Both the position numbers and the translations under genes were made by a program. Positions 1-11,299 of a stretch of 54,758 nucleotides of DNA are shown piece after piece; the first letter of the stretch is position 1, and each line of letters starts with the position of its first letter. This DNA is from Octopus bimaculoides (Eukaryota), in contig NC_068996.1 of NCBI RefSeq assembly GCF_001194135.2, positions 5,118,619-5,173,376 of the forward strand. The letters are read 5' to 3'. The notes under the pieces are model-generated. The model worked only from the letters and a program-made list of their open reading frames with translations, was not told where the DNA came from and did no database searches.

Positions 1-24
1 TATATATACATGCATATGTTTGTA

Positions 25-226
25 CGTCTGTGTTTGTCCCCACAACATCGCTTGACAACCGATGCTGGTGTGTTTACGTCCCCGTAATATAGCGGTTCGG
101 CAAAAGGGCCCGATAGAATAAGTACTAGGCTTACAAAGAATAAGTTGTGGGGTCGATATGCTCGACTAAAGGCGGAGCTCCAGCATGGCCGCAGTCAAAT
201 GACTGAAACAAGTAAAAGTAAAAGTA
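25..226 (+). mobile_element. tRNA-derived SINE family A, 3' half
   Basis: Near-identical to the reverse complements of 10897-11090 and 18660-18860. Ends GGCGGAGCTCCAGCATGGCCGCAGTCAAATGACTGAAAC plus a (AGTAAA)n tail. Confidence 0.85.
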
Positions 227-227
227 T

Positions 228-440
228 ATTTGCTTCGAATTTTGGCACAAGGCCCACAATTTGGGTCGAGGAGATAAGTCGATTGCGTCGATCTTAGTGT
301 TCAACTGGTACTTATTTGATCGGCCCAGAAAGAATGAAAGGCAAATTTGACCTCGGCGGAATTTGAACTGAGAACGTGAAGACGGAGGAAATACCACTAA
401 GCATTTAGCCTGACGTGCTAACCATTCTGAAAACTCGCAG
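228..440 (-). mobile_element. tRNA-derived SINE family B
   Basis: Reverse complement has B-box-like CAGTTCAAATTCC and the family core GCCTTTCATTCTTTC...AAGTACCAG. Homologous to 1808-2020. Confidence 0.8.
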
Positions 441-479
441 TTTTAATCCTAATAGTAATATTACCATGCATTTCTTACC

Positions 480-678
480 ATTAGTGGACTTACTCCTTCC
501 CCGAACTTGCTGGCCTTGGGCTAAAATTTGAAAACATACTTACTTTTAGTGTGTAAATGCCAATTGGGTCGACTTTGCCTTTCATCCTTTCGAGATCGAT
601 AAAGTATGTCAGTTGAACACTGGGGTCGACGTAATCGATTTATTCCGTCTCTCGAATTTGCTGCCATTTTGAAACTCT
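480..678 (+). mobile_element. SINE family B fragments (tail 480-535; core and tail 567-678)
   Basis: GTCGACTTTGCCTTTCATCCTTTCGAG core and AATTTGAAA tail motifs shared with other copies. Confidence 0.65.
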
Positions 679-689
679 CAGGGTGATGC

Positions 690-1100
690 TCGCAGCGCGT
701 TTTAGTAAATCATTAGTTCTTTCCAATTCCTGTAACTCCGTCTTCGTCAACTTTAAAAATTGAGTCATTATTTCAGTTTTGATACGGCGCACCTATTGAT
801 TATCCTTGCTAAAATTATCTCGAGTTCGTTCCGTTTGAAGTACCTTCCTAACTCTTCTCTTGTACTCCTTAGAGATTCTTTCTCTCATTTCATTTTCCAT
901 TACTTTATCATCCCGCAGCACTTGAAGGTATTTCCTTCTCTCATTCTCTGTCAGTGATCTAATGATGTTATTTTTATACCATTACATTTCATTTTTAAAC
1001 TTTTCTTCATAATCAAATTGCACATTTATTCACCCCAAACTGCATACACGTATCCCTACTATGTATTTCAAATGTTTGGACAAGGGGATCCCGGTCTACT
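690..1100 (-). mobile_element. R4/Dong-clade non-LTR retrotransposon, decayed RT C-terminal/thumb fragment
   Basis: Manual translation gives MQFGVNKCA and EMRERISKEYKRRVRKVL...LTKTELQELE, matching the same region of the 11.3-13.2 kb copy. Contains stops and frameshifts. Confidence 0.7.
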
Positions 1101-1179
1101 TCATATTTTATTTGAGATTGTTTATATATAAAAGATAATTTATATTTACATTAGTCTTTTTCAAGCTTATACACAGTTC

Positions 1180-1580
1180 TGGAATTTCTTTTCTGAGCCC
1201 AATGGTATTCACAGATTAAAAATCACACAAGAACTGCTCCTTAATGACTATATGGAAAATGGAATACCAGCACGGATGTCAAAAAGAAGGGCAGTGTTGA
1301 TACAGGAGGACAAACAATATTAAGGGAATGTCAGTAATTATAGACCTCTTACATGCTTACCATTACTTTGGAATCTACAAACTGACCTCTTGGCAGATAA
1401 AATGTATAGCGTTCTGTTGAATAAAAATTTATTACCAGAACAGCAAAAGAGATGCAAAAAGAAAGGAAAACGAATTGCTTATCTATTTGTATGTCAATAG
1501 CATGATGCTGAGTGAGGTATGAATATTAAAAAAAAACTCAGCTGTTGGTTGGACAGAATATGAGGAAATGGGCGATAATG
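1180..1580 (+). mobile_element. R4/Dong-clade RT N-terminal fragment
   Basis: Manual translation GNVSNYRPLTCLPLLWNLQTDLLADKMYSVLLNKNLLPEQQKRCKK fits the NYRPITCL...LP.EQKGC RT motif. Confidence 0.75.
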
Positions 1581-1619
1581 CACGGCACTAGTGACTTTTG
1601 TAGTGTCTGATAACACTCA

Positions 1620-1711
1620 AGGGTTAGTAAGATTAACAGTTGAGTACTGGCACCGATGTGAGCCATTTACCCTGCACCTAAAATTGAGGACCTTCTGCTG
1701 AAATTTGAAAC

Positions 1712-1799
<88 letters not shown>

Positions 1800-1808
1800 A
1801 AGAAGAAG
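1620..1808 (+). repeat. SINE B 3' tail followed by (TTA)n(AAG)n compound microsatellite
   Basis: Tail AAATTTGAAACTA at about 1702-1712, then direct reading of the repeats. Confidence 0.75.
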
Positions 1809-2020
1809 GTGGCGAACTGGCAGAATCTTTAGCACGCCGGGCAAAATGCTTAACAGTATTTCGCCCATCGCAACGTTCTGAGTTCAAATTCCGCCGAGAT
1901 CGACTTCACCTTTCATCTTTTCGAATACGATAAATTAAGTACCAGTTACACACTGGCAACGATGTAGTCAACTTGTACCCACCCCCAAAATTGCTTCCCT
2001 TGTGGCAAAATTTGAAACCA
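1808..2020 (+). mobile_element. SINE family B, near full length
   Basis: tRNA-like head GGCGAACTGGCAGAATC, B box GAGTTCAAATTCC at 1880-1892, central domain resembling the MetaSINE-type core (from memory), tail AATTTGAAACCA then (TTA)n. Confidence 0.85.
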
Positions 2021-2057
2021 TTATTATTATTATCATCCTCATCATCGTTGTTGTTGC

Positions 2058-2088
<31 letters not shown>

Positions 2089-2089
2089 G

Positions 2090-2540
2090 AGTGAGAGAGC
2101 AGTGCATGCCATCAAAGTGACACTGGGATACAAATATACGAAGCCCATTATACCCATCATGACTACCCGTCTGATAAGGGTACACCAGGCACATGCATCA
2201 CAACCATGTGTGCGCGACATAGTGATCTCATATCAAGATAAACAGCTCATGACCTCCCAGGTGAGGCCTAGTTAGAATTTTCTTCGAGTCGTGTAACTCA
2301 TCCCGTTCAAAAGGTCCCTGAACAAAATTTGCTTAAGGATGATAAATAGAACACCCATGTTTCCAGAAGTTAATCATTCAAATCCTAAAGAATTCCTCCA
2401 TCCCTACTACCCCAGCCATCATCATAGATGCACATATCATCAGTCCTATGCTCAACTGGTAAAGGTGAAGCAACTGACAAGCAAGTCTGTGCTACTCACC
2501 AGAATATTTGTTGTGGCCCATCTTTTATACGAAGACGAAA
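2090..2540. repeat. Unclassified interspersed repeat (about 450 bp)
   Basis: Non-coding, starts directly after a (TTG)n tract. Recalled as a common octopus repeat; single copy in this window. Confidence 0.45.
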
Positions 2541-2559
2541 CATTTATTATTTAGTTTGA

Positions 2560-2815
2560 CTCAGGTCCGGTCTTATACCTTGTTGGATTTATTTGGACAG
2601 CGGGTTACTATCTCTAACTTTATGTATCTACAAGTTTTCAGCAGTCTTTCACGTGCTTAGAACTCTCCTGATAATCCTTGCTACCCCTAAGAGACAATAT
2701 ATCTGTATGAGCGCTACAGGGCATTCATTTCAAATCTTTTTCAGCCATTTGTCTATATCTTTGCTTACTGTTCCCGAAGCACCAATTATTATAGGCACGA
2801 CCATTATAATTTTCA
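2560..2815 (-). mobile_element. R4/Dong-clade 3' end (ORF C-terminus and 3' UTR)
   Basis: Minus translation VVPIIIGASGTVSK...LLGVARIIRRVL, the canonical RLE C-terminus (IIVGALG...LGTA.ILR.VL). Confidence 0.75.
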
Positions 2816-2829
2816 TACTCCAAATTATT

Positions 2830-4190
2830 TTTCGAACACCTTCCGGAGTATTCGAGCGGTTCCAAGCAATGCTGTTTTCTGCAAGTACTTCACCCTTATT
2901 GCAGCCCCTATTTATTCCAAGTACTTATCGAGATTTTTGCTCACTGTTCCCAGGGCTCCGACAATTATTGGTACTACTGCTATCTTTTTCATCGACCACA
3001 ACTGCTTAACTTCCCAAGCTAACCTGTCATATCTCTCGACTTTTCTTTCTTCCTTATCGCATACCTTGTTGTCAGCTGGGTTTGCTATATCTATGATCCA
3101 GCAAAGTTTGTTTTCTTTCTCGATTAAGACTATGTCCAGCTTCCTATTCTCTACCTCATGGTCTCACTGAATCATAAAATCCCATAGGATCTTTGCATTT
3201 CTATTGTCGACGATGCCTTCAGGTTTGTGGTCGTACCAATTTTTTGCTCTGTCAAGTCCATACTTGTGGCAAAGTGTCCAATGGACAAGCCTGGCTATAT
3301 TGTCGTGGCGTCTCTTGATAGTCCTTCTGGGATCATGGCGTACATTGCCTGATAATATGTCATACGGTTTCACCGTTTTGTCCACAGATTCTGCACTTCT
3401 CACTTTCTGATGTGTTGTCTATTCTGTATTTTATGTAGTTTGTTCTTAGTGCTTGATCTTGGGCAGCACAGATTAGAGCCTCCGTTTCCGGTTTTAAATC
3501 ACTTTTAGTCATCTACAGCCATCTTTTTTCTCTGTCTGTCTTATCTTCAACATCCCTATGAAATTGACAATGCATTCTTTTCTTTACCCACCTATTTTCA
3601 GTTTTATTCGTTTTCAATTTCTTGTATACTGCTTTATCTTTGAAATCTTTCATCCTACACAAGCCTGACCTTCTTACTTCTAATAATAGCAGTTTTGTAG
3701 TATTTCTTACATACCATGCTATTTTGTTTTCTTCTGCTCTAATGTTGTGTTCGCATCCAATAAGTCCTCTTCCCCCTCTTTTTCTTGGTACATACTGTCT
3801 GTCTGTGTCACTTTTTGGATGGAGTGACCCATATCTTGTTAGTAACTTTCTTATCTTTCTGTCTAAGCTGTTTAGTTCGCCTACTGTCCATGCGATTACT
3901 TCTGTTCCATATCTAAGGAGTGAAACGTGTTGATAGTTTCGATCTTATTCTGTCCGTTTAATTTCGACTTTAGGATCAATCTCAGTTTGCCCAAGTACTC
4001 CACCTTAAATTTTTCTGTCATTTCTTTCTCCATCAATTTATCCATTTCCAAAATCCCCAAGTACTTATAGCCCGTCTCTTCTATCTTCTTCATAACCTCC
4101 CCCGACGGTATCGTTAGTCCGTCCATACATTTGATTTTGCCTCTCTTCAATACTAACACACCACAGTTTCTCAGTCCGAACTCCATTCTG
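2830..4190 (-). mobile_element. R4/Dong-clade fragment: RT end, CCHC knuckle and RLE endonuclease
   Basis: ORF track: MEFGLRNC...YKYLGILE...KLNGQNKI; RHDNIARLVHWTLCHKYGL...KILWDFMIQ. Manual: KCRICGQNGETV and VVPIIVGALGTVSK. Frameshifted. Confidence 0.9.
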
Positions 4191-4194
4191 CATC

Positions 4195-4281
4195 ACAGCA
4201 AACCACAGCACATACCCAAGGCACACAGAGCTGCGCTCGGTAGTGAAGTGAAAGCACGTTATAAAAATAAAACCACTGAAC

Positions 4282-4358
<77 letters not shown>

Positions 4359-4372
4359 TAATAATAATAATA
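4195..4372 (+). mobile_element. R4/Dong 3' UTR followed by (AAT)n
   Basis: GCATCACAGCAAACCACAGCACATACCCAAGG...AAAATAAAACCACTGAAC matches the reverse complement of 10445-10545. (AAT)n at 4283-4372. Confidence 0.85.
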
Positions 4373-4780
4373 ATGGCACGAAAAACCTCTCAATGGCAAA
4401 TACCCAAAGAGAGCTAATAGTGCCGATATTGACAAAGCCCTCACCCATCAATGTTTAGTGTCTTCTGGCTTAAAATCAGAAACAGAAGTGCTTATCACAT
4501 AGCAGCCTAAGATCAATGCCTACCTATAAAGAAATACCAGGCCAACATATTAAAGAACGACAGAAGCCCAACAATTTGCAAAACCCTGGACCTGCCCCAT
4601 GATAAAAACTGGTGAGAACACAAACCATCTCCATTGCTTGTAAATGATAACATCTCACTCCTCTGGAACTTCAGGGTACAAACTAATAGGAAGATAGACG
4701 CGAATAGGCCAGACATTATATTGAAAGACTTCAGACAAATATCATGCCTTCTCTTTGATATGACTGTACCGATCGATTAG
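4373..4780 (+). mobile_element. R4/Dong-clade fragment (post-RT region to RLE PD..D motif)
   Basis: WHEKPLNGKYP...THQCLVSSGLKSETE and LLWNFRVQTNRKIDANRPDIILKDF...LFDMTVP. Confidence 0.8.
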
Positions 4781-4789
4781 CCTGGTAGT

Positions 4790-5310
4790 TTTTGGTGAAC
4801 AAGTTTTGATCTTTTGCCGCCAACATAAAACCTTCAGTCTCTGCTTTCAGTCCTGAACATCTCAACTACTGATGTGTTGTTGTTTGATCTACATCAGCAT
4901 TTTGACTTCGAAGTATATACTGTCCATACAGATGCTTCTGTCTCCACCGCTCCTCAATTTGTTTCTGCCCGTTCTCTTTTTCAGTTTGCTTGAACAGCTT
5001 TGCATGTTTAGTGGTAGTAGTTTCAAGTTCATCATGGTTAATGCCTTTGCGAATTTGCAAGCTTCTTTGGCAGTAGAATGTGATTTCTTTGCTGCATTCG
5101 TGTTTTCACACAAACCGCAACATGCAGCCCTCTGTACTAGATAAGTACCTACTCATTGCTTTTGTGGATGTCTTATAGCACAGTTCTACCAGCTTCATTC
5201 CTCTTCCTCCATTACTTCTAGGTAAGTACAGACGATCAACGACTGCTTTTGAGTGGTACATGTTCTTAGATGTTAGTTGTTTTCTTGTCTTCATGTCCCG
5301 GCGTTGGAGT
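4790..5310 (-). mobile_element. R4/Dong-clade fragment (thumb to post-RT)
   Basis: ORF track WNLTELQRRDMKTRKQLT...DRLYLPRSNGGRGM and WRQKHLYGQY...DVDQTTTHQ. Confidence 0.8.
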
Positions 5311-5311
5311 T

Positions 5312-5655
5312 CAGTAAGATTCCAGTTAAGGACAAAAGTACACCAAAATTTCACTGCATCTCTAACTGATGTCATCCAGAACCCAGAGCAAATACTTGTC
5401 TGGCTCACCGAAAGAACAACATACCTTCTACCAAAAACCGAAGACGTCAAAAATCCGAAGAACTACCAACCAATAACATGTCTCAGCATCACCTACAGGA
5501 TCCTTACATCCATACTAACTGAAAGAATATACACTTTCCTTGAATACAGATCTATCCTTTCACAAGCTCAAGAAGGCTGCATAAGGAATTCTTATGGATG
5601 CAAAGATCAATTACTCATAAATAAAATGATTGTAGAGAATTGCCGGAGCAATTTT
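5312..5655 (+). mobile_element. R4/Dong-clade RT N-terminal fragment
   Basis: ORF 5260-5658: TTYLLPKTEDVKNPKNYQPITCL...QEGCIRNSYGCKDQLLINK. Confidence 0.85.
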
Positions 5656-5659
5656 TGAT

Positions 5660-7100
5660 ATCTAGAGCGATTGCTTGCTACTGCTATGATATGCTGTTTC
5701 TACTCTTCTATTACTGTCCTAAATCCTTTCTCTTTGACTAAGTATCTCATTTTTCTTTTATTTTCTTCTCAAGAGAAGATTTGCCTCTGGTGTTTCCTAA
5801 CTTCTTCAGTTTCCATGCTTCTATTCTACTGATCTTGTCTTAAAGTCTTCATTTTATTTTCTTGTCTCCTTTTCCACATTTGCTCTTTTTTAATCTTTCC
5901 CTGTGAGATATCTAATCTTCTAGTGACTACTACCCCACCTGCTTAGATCAATAATTTAGTGTCTCTTATAATTTAGCATCAATCCTGCTGACAACAGAAT
6001 CTACTTTCCTAATCATTTCTAGCAACTTCCTTCTGCTGGTGCCTTTTAATGCTGGTAATCATTTTCTTACTTCTTTACTCATTGCTCCACTATCTTCCTC
6101 ACTTAAACCACTTGCCCGTGCCAGTTGTTCTTTCTTTATTGATTGCCCTGTTATTATTATTTTTTTTTCATTTACGTTCTGCCTTGGTTTGAGCTGTATC
6201 TCTTATGTTATTGTATGTCTTTCCTACTGACTGGTCTTTTTTTCCTGTTCTCTTGTGATCTCTTCTACCTCCAATTCTGTCATCTACTTTCTTCTCCTAA
6301 TAGCATTAGCTTGATGTACTAATCTCTGCCCAGTTACTTTAAACCCCTCTCTACCCAAAATGTTAGCGTTTGTTTTCTGTAGCCCCTTCTTTTAGGTTCC
6401 CTTTCTAAGTAACACTACATCACTGTCCTGTTTTCTTCGCTGGTCCACTTCGTCCTCCTTATTCTATTATCTGCTGATGCTCTATTAGGATAACAGCTGT
6501 GGTCAATCTGAATTTTTACTGAACCACTGCTGAGCGAGAGGCCTTCCCTTAAAGGTCCAGCTTCATTTTTGCTGTTACAACCACAGTTTCTTCGGAAACT
6601 CCCGTCTCTCATAAACTGAGGTAAGGTAACGTTCGTTATCAACACCATTTCTCGACATCTGATAGTTTCAAGCAACTTTCTATTGCATCTTTGTGCTGGT
6701 GGGGTGGTGTGTAAAGCATTTGGGGTAGGGGGCAGAATATTGTATTGTATCAACATGTTTTGTTATGTGTTTTGGGTTGAGATTCTTTTGTAGCAGTTTT
6801 TGCATTGTGTTTTCTTTGTGCAGTGCAGGTTGTGTTCTTTTGTTGGGTATCAGCCTTGTATGTTACATGTTGTAGGCTTTGTTCATTTTGTTGGGTATTT
6901 ACGGTATGAGTTTATTCCTGTATGTTTTGGAGGAGTGTTGCATAGTAGTGTGTGGAAATCATAAATCAACTATTTCATACTATTTGTGGTTATCTGTCCT
7001 CCATTCTTTCCTCTTTGGTTGGCTTTGTTATGGGTTCATTTTTACAGCGTTTACTTTTTTAGCTGAACATCGTAGTTATAATTATTATTGATGTATCAGC
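5660..7100 (-). mobile_element. R4/Dong-clade 5' region (N-terminal ORF and putative 5' UTR)
   Basis: RRTKWTSEENRTVM motif (ORF 6415-6756), K/R-rich decayed frame, CAA-rich upstream sequence. Confidence 0.6.
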
Positions 7101-7282
7101 GAGAGACCAAGCAGAATCAGCAACGTGCATATGTATATAAAGGTTTTATATAAACATGGATGTATATGTAATTGAAATTTTAAATTTTCCTCATAATTTT
7201 TCAGTTTTCGTGTAGAAATATTGCAGTGTTTGCGTTTTTATACACATGATGTTGTGGTGGTGCATCTGGAGGAAGCTATTTT

Positions 7283-7320
<38 letters not shown>

Positions 7321-7324
<4 letters not shown>

Positions 7325-8080
7325 AGTATATTTGCCACTTAAATGTGGCTGACCCCGAGGGGTGGATGTTACTGTTGCTTTTAGCCCCAGGAGGACATCT
7401 CTTCCAGTTGGCTATCGACACACTTCTGTGTCCTGACTGTATTTGCCAAGGGAAGTTATCCTTCCCATCTTGATCTACGATACGTACGTACTCGAGTTTC
7501 AGGGTTATTTCCCTTCTTCAGCGTACGACAATCGCCGACCTTCGATGCAAAAGGCATCCCTTGGCAAATATATATAAGTNNNNNNNNNNNNNNNNNNNNN
7601 NNNNNNNNNNNNNNNNNNNNNNNNNNNNNNNNNNNNNNNNNNNNNNNNNNNNNNNNNNNNNNNNNNNNNNNNNNNNNNNNNNNNNNNNNNNNNNNNNNNN
7701 NNNNNNNNNNNNNNNNNNNNNNNNNNNNNNNNNNNNNNNNNNNNNNNNNNNNNNNNNNNNNNNNNNNNNNNNNNNNNNNNNNNNNNNNNNNNNNNNNNNN
7801 NNNNNNNNNNNNNNNNNNNNNNNNNNNNNNNNNNNNNNNNNNNNNNNNNNNNNNNNNNNNNNNNNNNNNNNNNNNNNNNNNNNNNNNNNNNNNNNNNNNN
7901 NNNNNNNNNNNNNNNNNNNNNNNNNNNNCAAGATGGGAAGGATAACTTCCCTTGGCAAATACAGTCAGGACACAGAAGTGTGTCGATAGCCAACTGGAGG
8001 AGATGTCCTCCTGGGGCTAAAAGCAACAGTGACATCCACCCCTCGGGGTCAGCCACATTTAAGTGGCAAATATACTTCAC
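7321..8080. mobile_element. Long-TIR (foldback-like) element spanning an N gap
   Basis: 7321-7472 is the reverse complement of 7929-8080 (152 bp, 2 mismatches seen). Gap at 7580-7928. Confidence 0.7.
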
Positions 8081-8120
8081 TTTATCGTGCAGTTACTGTT
8101 AATACCTCGTTCGGAGATTT

Positions 8121-8156
<36 letters not shown>

Positions 8157-8320
8157 CCATATAAGAAAATATTATTTCAGTTTTCTGAGATGGTTTACAT
8201 TAAGACATAATGTTCTGTCATTGTTTTTGTGGATTCTTAATTCCTGCTTCGTGACGGTTTCAAATTTGATCTATCTTCCCGGAAGCTCGCTGTCACACAT
8301 CCATGCTGTTTGGTATTCGC

Positions 8321-8443
<123 letters not shown>

Positions 8444-8469
8444 TAGTAATAGTAGTAGTAGTAGTAGTA

Positions 8470-8685
8470 AAGCGGCTAGCTAGCAGAATCGTTTGCACGC
8501 CGGGCAAAATGCTTAGCGGAATATCACCTGTCGCTATGTTCTGATTTCAAATTCTGCCGAGATCGATTTTTCCTTTCATCATTTTGGGGTCGATAAATTT
8601 AGTACCAGTTGATCACTAGCATTGATGTTATCGCTTTACTCCCTCCCCTGAACTTGCTGGCTTTATGCCAAAATTTGAAATAATA
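8470..8685 (+). mobile_element. SINE family B
   Basis: AGCGGCTAGCTAGCAGAATCG head, core, AATTTGAAA tail. Preceded by a (TTA)(TAG)(CAG)(TAG) compound repeat. Confidence 0.8.
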
Positions 8686-8770
8686 ACATTAATAATAATA
8701 ATAATTACTATTATTAATAATAAATCTCTGAACGAGGTATTATTATTATTATTATTAATAATATTATTAA

Positions 8771-8801
<31 letters not shown>

Positions 8802-8849
8802 GAGTACCCTTATTTTTATTGCGAACGTTGAAATGTGTGTCCACTATTT

Positions 8850-10250
8850 CTCCAGGTGTCGACGCTGCATTAATTATTTTAGATAGTTTTTGGGTAGATT
8901 TTGATAGAATCGTTTAGGGTTAGAGCAGAACCGTTTGTTCTTCTTAATGAATACAAACTTCTGGCGATTTAGCGAGAATCTCTTGTTTCAGAAGTTCTTT
9001 GATTTCGGATATTTCTCTTTCTTGTGTTACATTTCTATTGTATTTGTCTCTCCTATTTTCTGTCAGCTGCGTCGTTTCCTTATTGATTTCATCAAGGACT
9101 GGAAGATCTTACTGCTCTTTTCTTATTTTCTAATTGTTTCTGTATATTTCTTTTGTTACGTTCTTTGAATGTGTTTTTGATATTTGATATGTGAGTAAAA
9201 AACCTTCCCTTGTGACTGCAGTCGCTGCTGCATATATTAATTCGTTTAACATCATATTATCGTCCATGCCTTTCATAATTTCATCTCTGATGTCTATGTC
9301 GATGTTGCTATTTTATTATTAAATTTTATTTTTCTGACGTACTATCATTGGTCCATAAATGACCTATTAGTTTTAATTCTTTAATAATTTCAAGCTTTCC
9401 ATTTTCATGTTCCACCGTTAGAATTTTGTATTCCTATGTATTCTTCTTCATATTCTTTTTATATATTACAAATTTGCTGGTATTATTTTAGTTCAACTTT
9501 AGTTGAACAGCAACTTGAAGGCATTCTAGAATTTTGTTATTCACTTTTCTTTGAATGGGTTCTATATATCTTCATGCCTTACGTTACTAAATTTTTGTTG
9601 TTATTTGTTATGGATTCTTTGTGTTTTCATTATATATTTATACTTTTAAGCATTCTATTTTCTCTTTGTGATGAGAATGTACCTTACTAGTCTAGAAATG
9701 CTCAATGCTTACGTTTATATCCGGGTTATTTACTTTCTAAACTTCGTACGATTATATATCGACGTAGTTTGATGTTTTTATGAGCTTTTTAATGTGAGCT
9801 GTTTGAGAAATACTTAAAATGTGCATATAGAAGACACACATGTCTACCTTGTATCCAAATTTTCCTTTCCTGTCATATTTGCACACTTGAAGAGTAAAAA
9901 CCCAGTCATTTATTTAGCTTGTCATCTTTAACTTCGACATTTTTTCTGTCGATTTTAGCATGCCCTATTTTCCGTACACCTGGATACCTCTGTAGTTATT
10001 TGTAATTCATTAATTTGTAAAAATAAATGATCATAAGCATTACGCCATCCGTCAAGCTTATCGTTATTTACTTTAGTTTAATTCGTTATTTTCCTTTTAA
10101 CCCTTTTTTGCAGCAGTCAATCTCTCATACCTTAGATTCCTCGTGTGATACCAAACTTTCATTTCACCATTCAAGCTGGACCACATGGTTGTTGAAACTG
10201 ATCTTAACTTATTGGAAGTGATAACATTTCCAATCAGTTAAATTCAAGAA
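8850..10250 (-). mobile_element. Highly decayed R4/Dong-clade 5' (pre-RT) region
   Basis: Minus translation EIKELLKQEILAKS...LSKSTQKLSKII resembles the LKQKI.AK...KF Y pre-RT segment. Many stops. Confidence 0.45.
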
Positions 10251-10262
10251 GCCATCAGCGTA

Positions 10263-10338
<76 letters not shown>

Positions 10339-10364
10339 TTATTATTATTATTATTATTATTATT

Positions 10365-10435
10365 GTTATCCAAATGGCGGCGCCCCACCATGGCCGCAGC
10401 TCATGAGCTGAAACTAGATCAAATCAAATCAAATC
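10365..10435 (+). mobile_element. Isolated SINE/LINE-type 3' tail
   Basis: ATGGCGGCGCCCCACCATGGCCGCAGCTCATGAGCTGAAAC plus (CAAAT)n, a variant of the SINE A tail. Confidence 0.55.
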
Positions 10436-10444
10436 AATTATCAT

Positions 10445-10740
10445 TATTATTCAGTAGTTTTATTTTTATCACATGCTTTAACTTCACTACTGAGCGCAGC
10501 TCTGTGTTCCTTGGGTATGTGCTGTGGTTTGCTGTGATGCTCTTATGGTTACTGTATTGAAAGTTTTGCGTAGGATGTGTGCAGTGCCGAGTAGTGCAAT
10601 TTTCTGTATGTTATATATATTTGTAAGCCCTGGTGTTTTTGTTACGTATTTGTCTGAATATTTTTTTATTATACCTAAGGCACCTACTATGATAGGAATT
10701 GTTTCTGTTTTTAGATTCCACATTCGAGTTACCTCTATTT
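10445..10740 (-). mobile_element. R4/Dong 3' end, 5'-truncated
   Basis: ORF 10487-10723: MWNLKTETIPIIVGALGIIKKYSDKY...KIALLGTAHILRK. 3' UTR same as 4195-4282. Abuts (TAA)n/(CAT)n at 10746-10890. Confidence 0.9.
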
Positions 10741-10745
10741 CCCGG

Positions 10746-10833
<88 letters not shown>

Positions 10834-10896
10834 TATTATTATTAATTTTATTATTATTATTATTATTATTATTATCATTATTATTATTACTATTAC

Positions 10897-11225
10897 TCTT
10901 TTACCTGCTTCAGTCGTTTGACTGTGGCCATGCTGAAGCACCGCCTTTAGTCGAGCAAATCGACCCCAGGACGTATTCTTTGTAAGCCTAGTACTTATTC
11001 TATCGGTCTGTTTTGCCGAACCGCTAAGTCACGGGGACGTAAACACACCACCATCGGTTGTCAAGCGAAGTTGGGGGAACAAACACAGACACACAAACAT
11101 ATACACACACATACATATATATATTATACATATATACGACGGGCTTCTTTCAGTTTCCGTCAATCAAATCCACTCACAAGGCTTTGGTCGGCCCGAGACT
11201 ATAGTAGAAGACACTTGCCCAAAGT
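10897..11225 (-). mobile_element. SINE family A with internal CA/TA microsatellite, head truncated
   Basis: Core CTTGGGCAAGTGTCTTCTACTATAG (rc), internal repeat at about 11080-11135, tail matching 25-226. Confidence 0.85.
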
Positions 11226-11299
11226 ATTATTCCTTCGTAATACAGTTATTTCATGTTTGCATTTTCGGCATGAGCCAATGAAGATACACACACACTTTA

